A DNA stretch of 64,000 nt from the NCBI RefSeq assembly GCF_006345805.1, contig NC_042997.1, positions 177,816,001-177,880,000 of the forward strand, read 5' to 3'. The position numbers and the translations under genes are program-made. Source of the stretch: Octopus sinensis (taxonomy: Eukaryota). The notes beneath the pieces are model-generated. The model searched no databases. It was not told the DNA's origin and worked only from the letters and a program-made list of their open reading frames with translations. Positions within the stretch are counted from its first letter, which is position 1; each line of letters starts with the position of its first letter. Of the stretch, positions 62,576 to 64,000 are shown piece by piece.

Positions 62576-62738
62576 GGGAGAGTTCACTAAAAAAACTCAA
62601 GACGAAGACAGGTGGTGTACAAAACAAACAGATGTATTAGTATAACGCTCAGGAATTGAAAAAGTCTTTTACATTTCGAGTCCTTCTACAGAAAGGGACA
62701 CAGAAAAAAACAGTGTGTAGTGGCTATCGATCTATCAT
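62576..62738 (-). mobile_element. Short PLE-like element abutting (TA)n; degenerate hammerhead-like core
   Basis: Homologous to 35783-35960. Confidence 0.75.
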
Positions 62739-62752
62739 ACACACACACATAC

Positions 62753-63577
62753 ACGAAGGTGCACAGAAATGTTCATAGGCTGACCATGAAAGAGTGATGG
62801 TAGAGCTGTGAAATTTTGCAGGCATTCATTTCACCTCTTCTTAATAACTGCATTGTTTCATTCCAGGTAAACTGACATCTGACTGTTCAAAAAAAAAAAA
62901 CTTCACAAGTAACTAGTATCGACTTCTCTTAAAAAGTCAACAAAATCAGCAACATGGTGTTATCAAGTACCTGCAGAAAAAGGACTTAGCCCCTAAGGAC
63001 ATTCATGCTGGCATGGTTGTTACATTAGGGAATCATGCTCCTGCTTTATCAACAGTGCATAAGTGGGTATCTGAATTTAGGAGGGGAAAGGAGAGTCTTG
63101 AAGATGACCCTAGGTTTGGATGTCTTGCAATTCCATCACCAAGGAAAACATTGATTGTTTTCACCACTTGGTGATGGATGACAGGCAATTGACTATAAAT
63201 CAAGTAACCAATTCTATTAGCATATCCTCTGAGAGAGTTGAGATTATTCAACACAATGAACTTGGCATGACAAAGTGGTAATACATCTGACACCTGATCA
63301 AGAGAGCACATCATGGGAAGCTGATCACATCATGGGAAAATCTGACATTGTTTCAGGCAGATCCAGCCGGTTTCCTTGAATGTTTCCTAAGCCAGAATGA
63401 GTGTTGGCTTCATCACTTTGAACCAGAGACAAAAAGACAATCCATGCAGTGGAAACGCTCTCCTCACCTGCTCCAAAGAGGGCCAACATCGTTTCATCAG
63501 TAGTTTTTTGGGATGCAAAAGGCATTGTGTTTATTGACTGTCTTCAAAAGGGCCACACCATCGATGGAGAATTCTAT
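62753..63577 (+). mobile_element. Decayed, 3'-truncated mariner
   Basis: HGVIKYLQKK..APKDIHA...APALSTVHKWVSEFRRGKESLEDDPR; NECWLHHFEPETKRQSMQWK; VFWDAKGIVFID.LQKGHTI.GEFY. Confidence 0.88.
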
Positions 63578-63584
63578 GAGAACT

Positions 63585-64000
63585 GGGTGGTGCTTTAGGC
63601 AACTGTCTTCTACTATAGTCTCAGGCTGACCGAAGCTTTGTAAGTGGATTTGGTAGATGGAAACAAAAAAAGCCTGTCACGTATATATATATATATATAT
63701 ATGAATATATATCATCATCATCGTGTAACATCCGCTTTCCATGCTAGCATGGGTTGGATGATTTGACTGAGGTCTGGCGAACCAGATGGCTGCACCAGAC
63801 TCCAATCTGATCTGGCAGAGTTTCTACAGCTGGATGCCCTTCCTAATGCCAACCACTGTGAGAGTGTAGTGGGTGCTTTTACATGCCACTGGCATGAGGG
63901 CACACACACATATATATGTGTGTTTGTGTGTGTGCCTCTGTGTCTGTGTTTATCCCCCACCACTGCTTAACAACTGATGTGGTGTGTTTACATTCCCATA
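63585..64000 (+). mobile_element. SINE family B split by a SINE A insertion
   Basis: B core at 63585-63690, (TA)n, A insertion, then B tail from ~63900. Confidence 0.75.
63711..63900 (-). mobile_element. SINE family A
   Basis: Family A core and (CAT)n. Confidence 0.9.

Overview
AT-rich, microsatellite- and SINE-dense animal genomic DNA. The repeat landscape looks like a coleoid cephalopod, probably Octopus; this is inference and was not checked against a database. Two protein-coding genes are arranged head to head. (1) On the + strand, a complete 5-coding-exon ATMIN/ASCIZ ortholog (48983-60342, joined CDS 3231 nt, 1076 aa, four N-terminal zinc fingers, 11 TQT LC8-binding motifs). (2) On the - strand, the 5' part of a DEF8 ortholog (coding exons 29341-29239, 17563-17171, 4730-4647, 1445-1284; the gene continues past the window start). 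DEF8 needs an unidentified phase 1-to-0 microexon, and two candidates were found. An ~11 kb CpG-retaining interval (about 36-47 kb) separates the two CpG-depleted gene bodies. The remainder is decayed mobile DNA: at least four SINE families, mariner/Tc1 relics, MITEs (pogo-, piggyBac- and hAT-like), non-autonomous Helitrons, RTE and CR1/L2-group LINE ends, Penelope-like (PLE) RT and GIY-YIG relics, and a CRE-type restriction-like-endonuclease retrotransposon end. The most unusual signal is hammerhead-ribozyme-like cores of the minimal, palindromic-stem-III (dimer) type in two small retroelement families. One of these is a tRNA-headed SINE with an inverted 5' segment and a 13-bp target-site duplication (13452-13818). 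Repeat coordinates are approximate unless termini are quoted.
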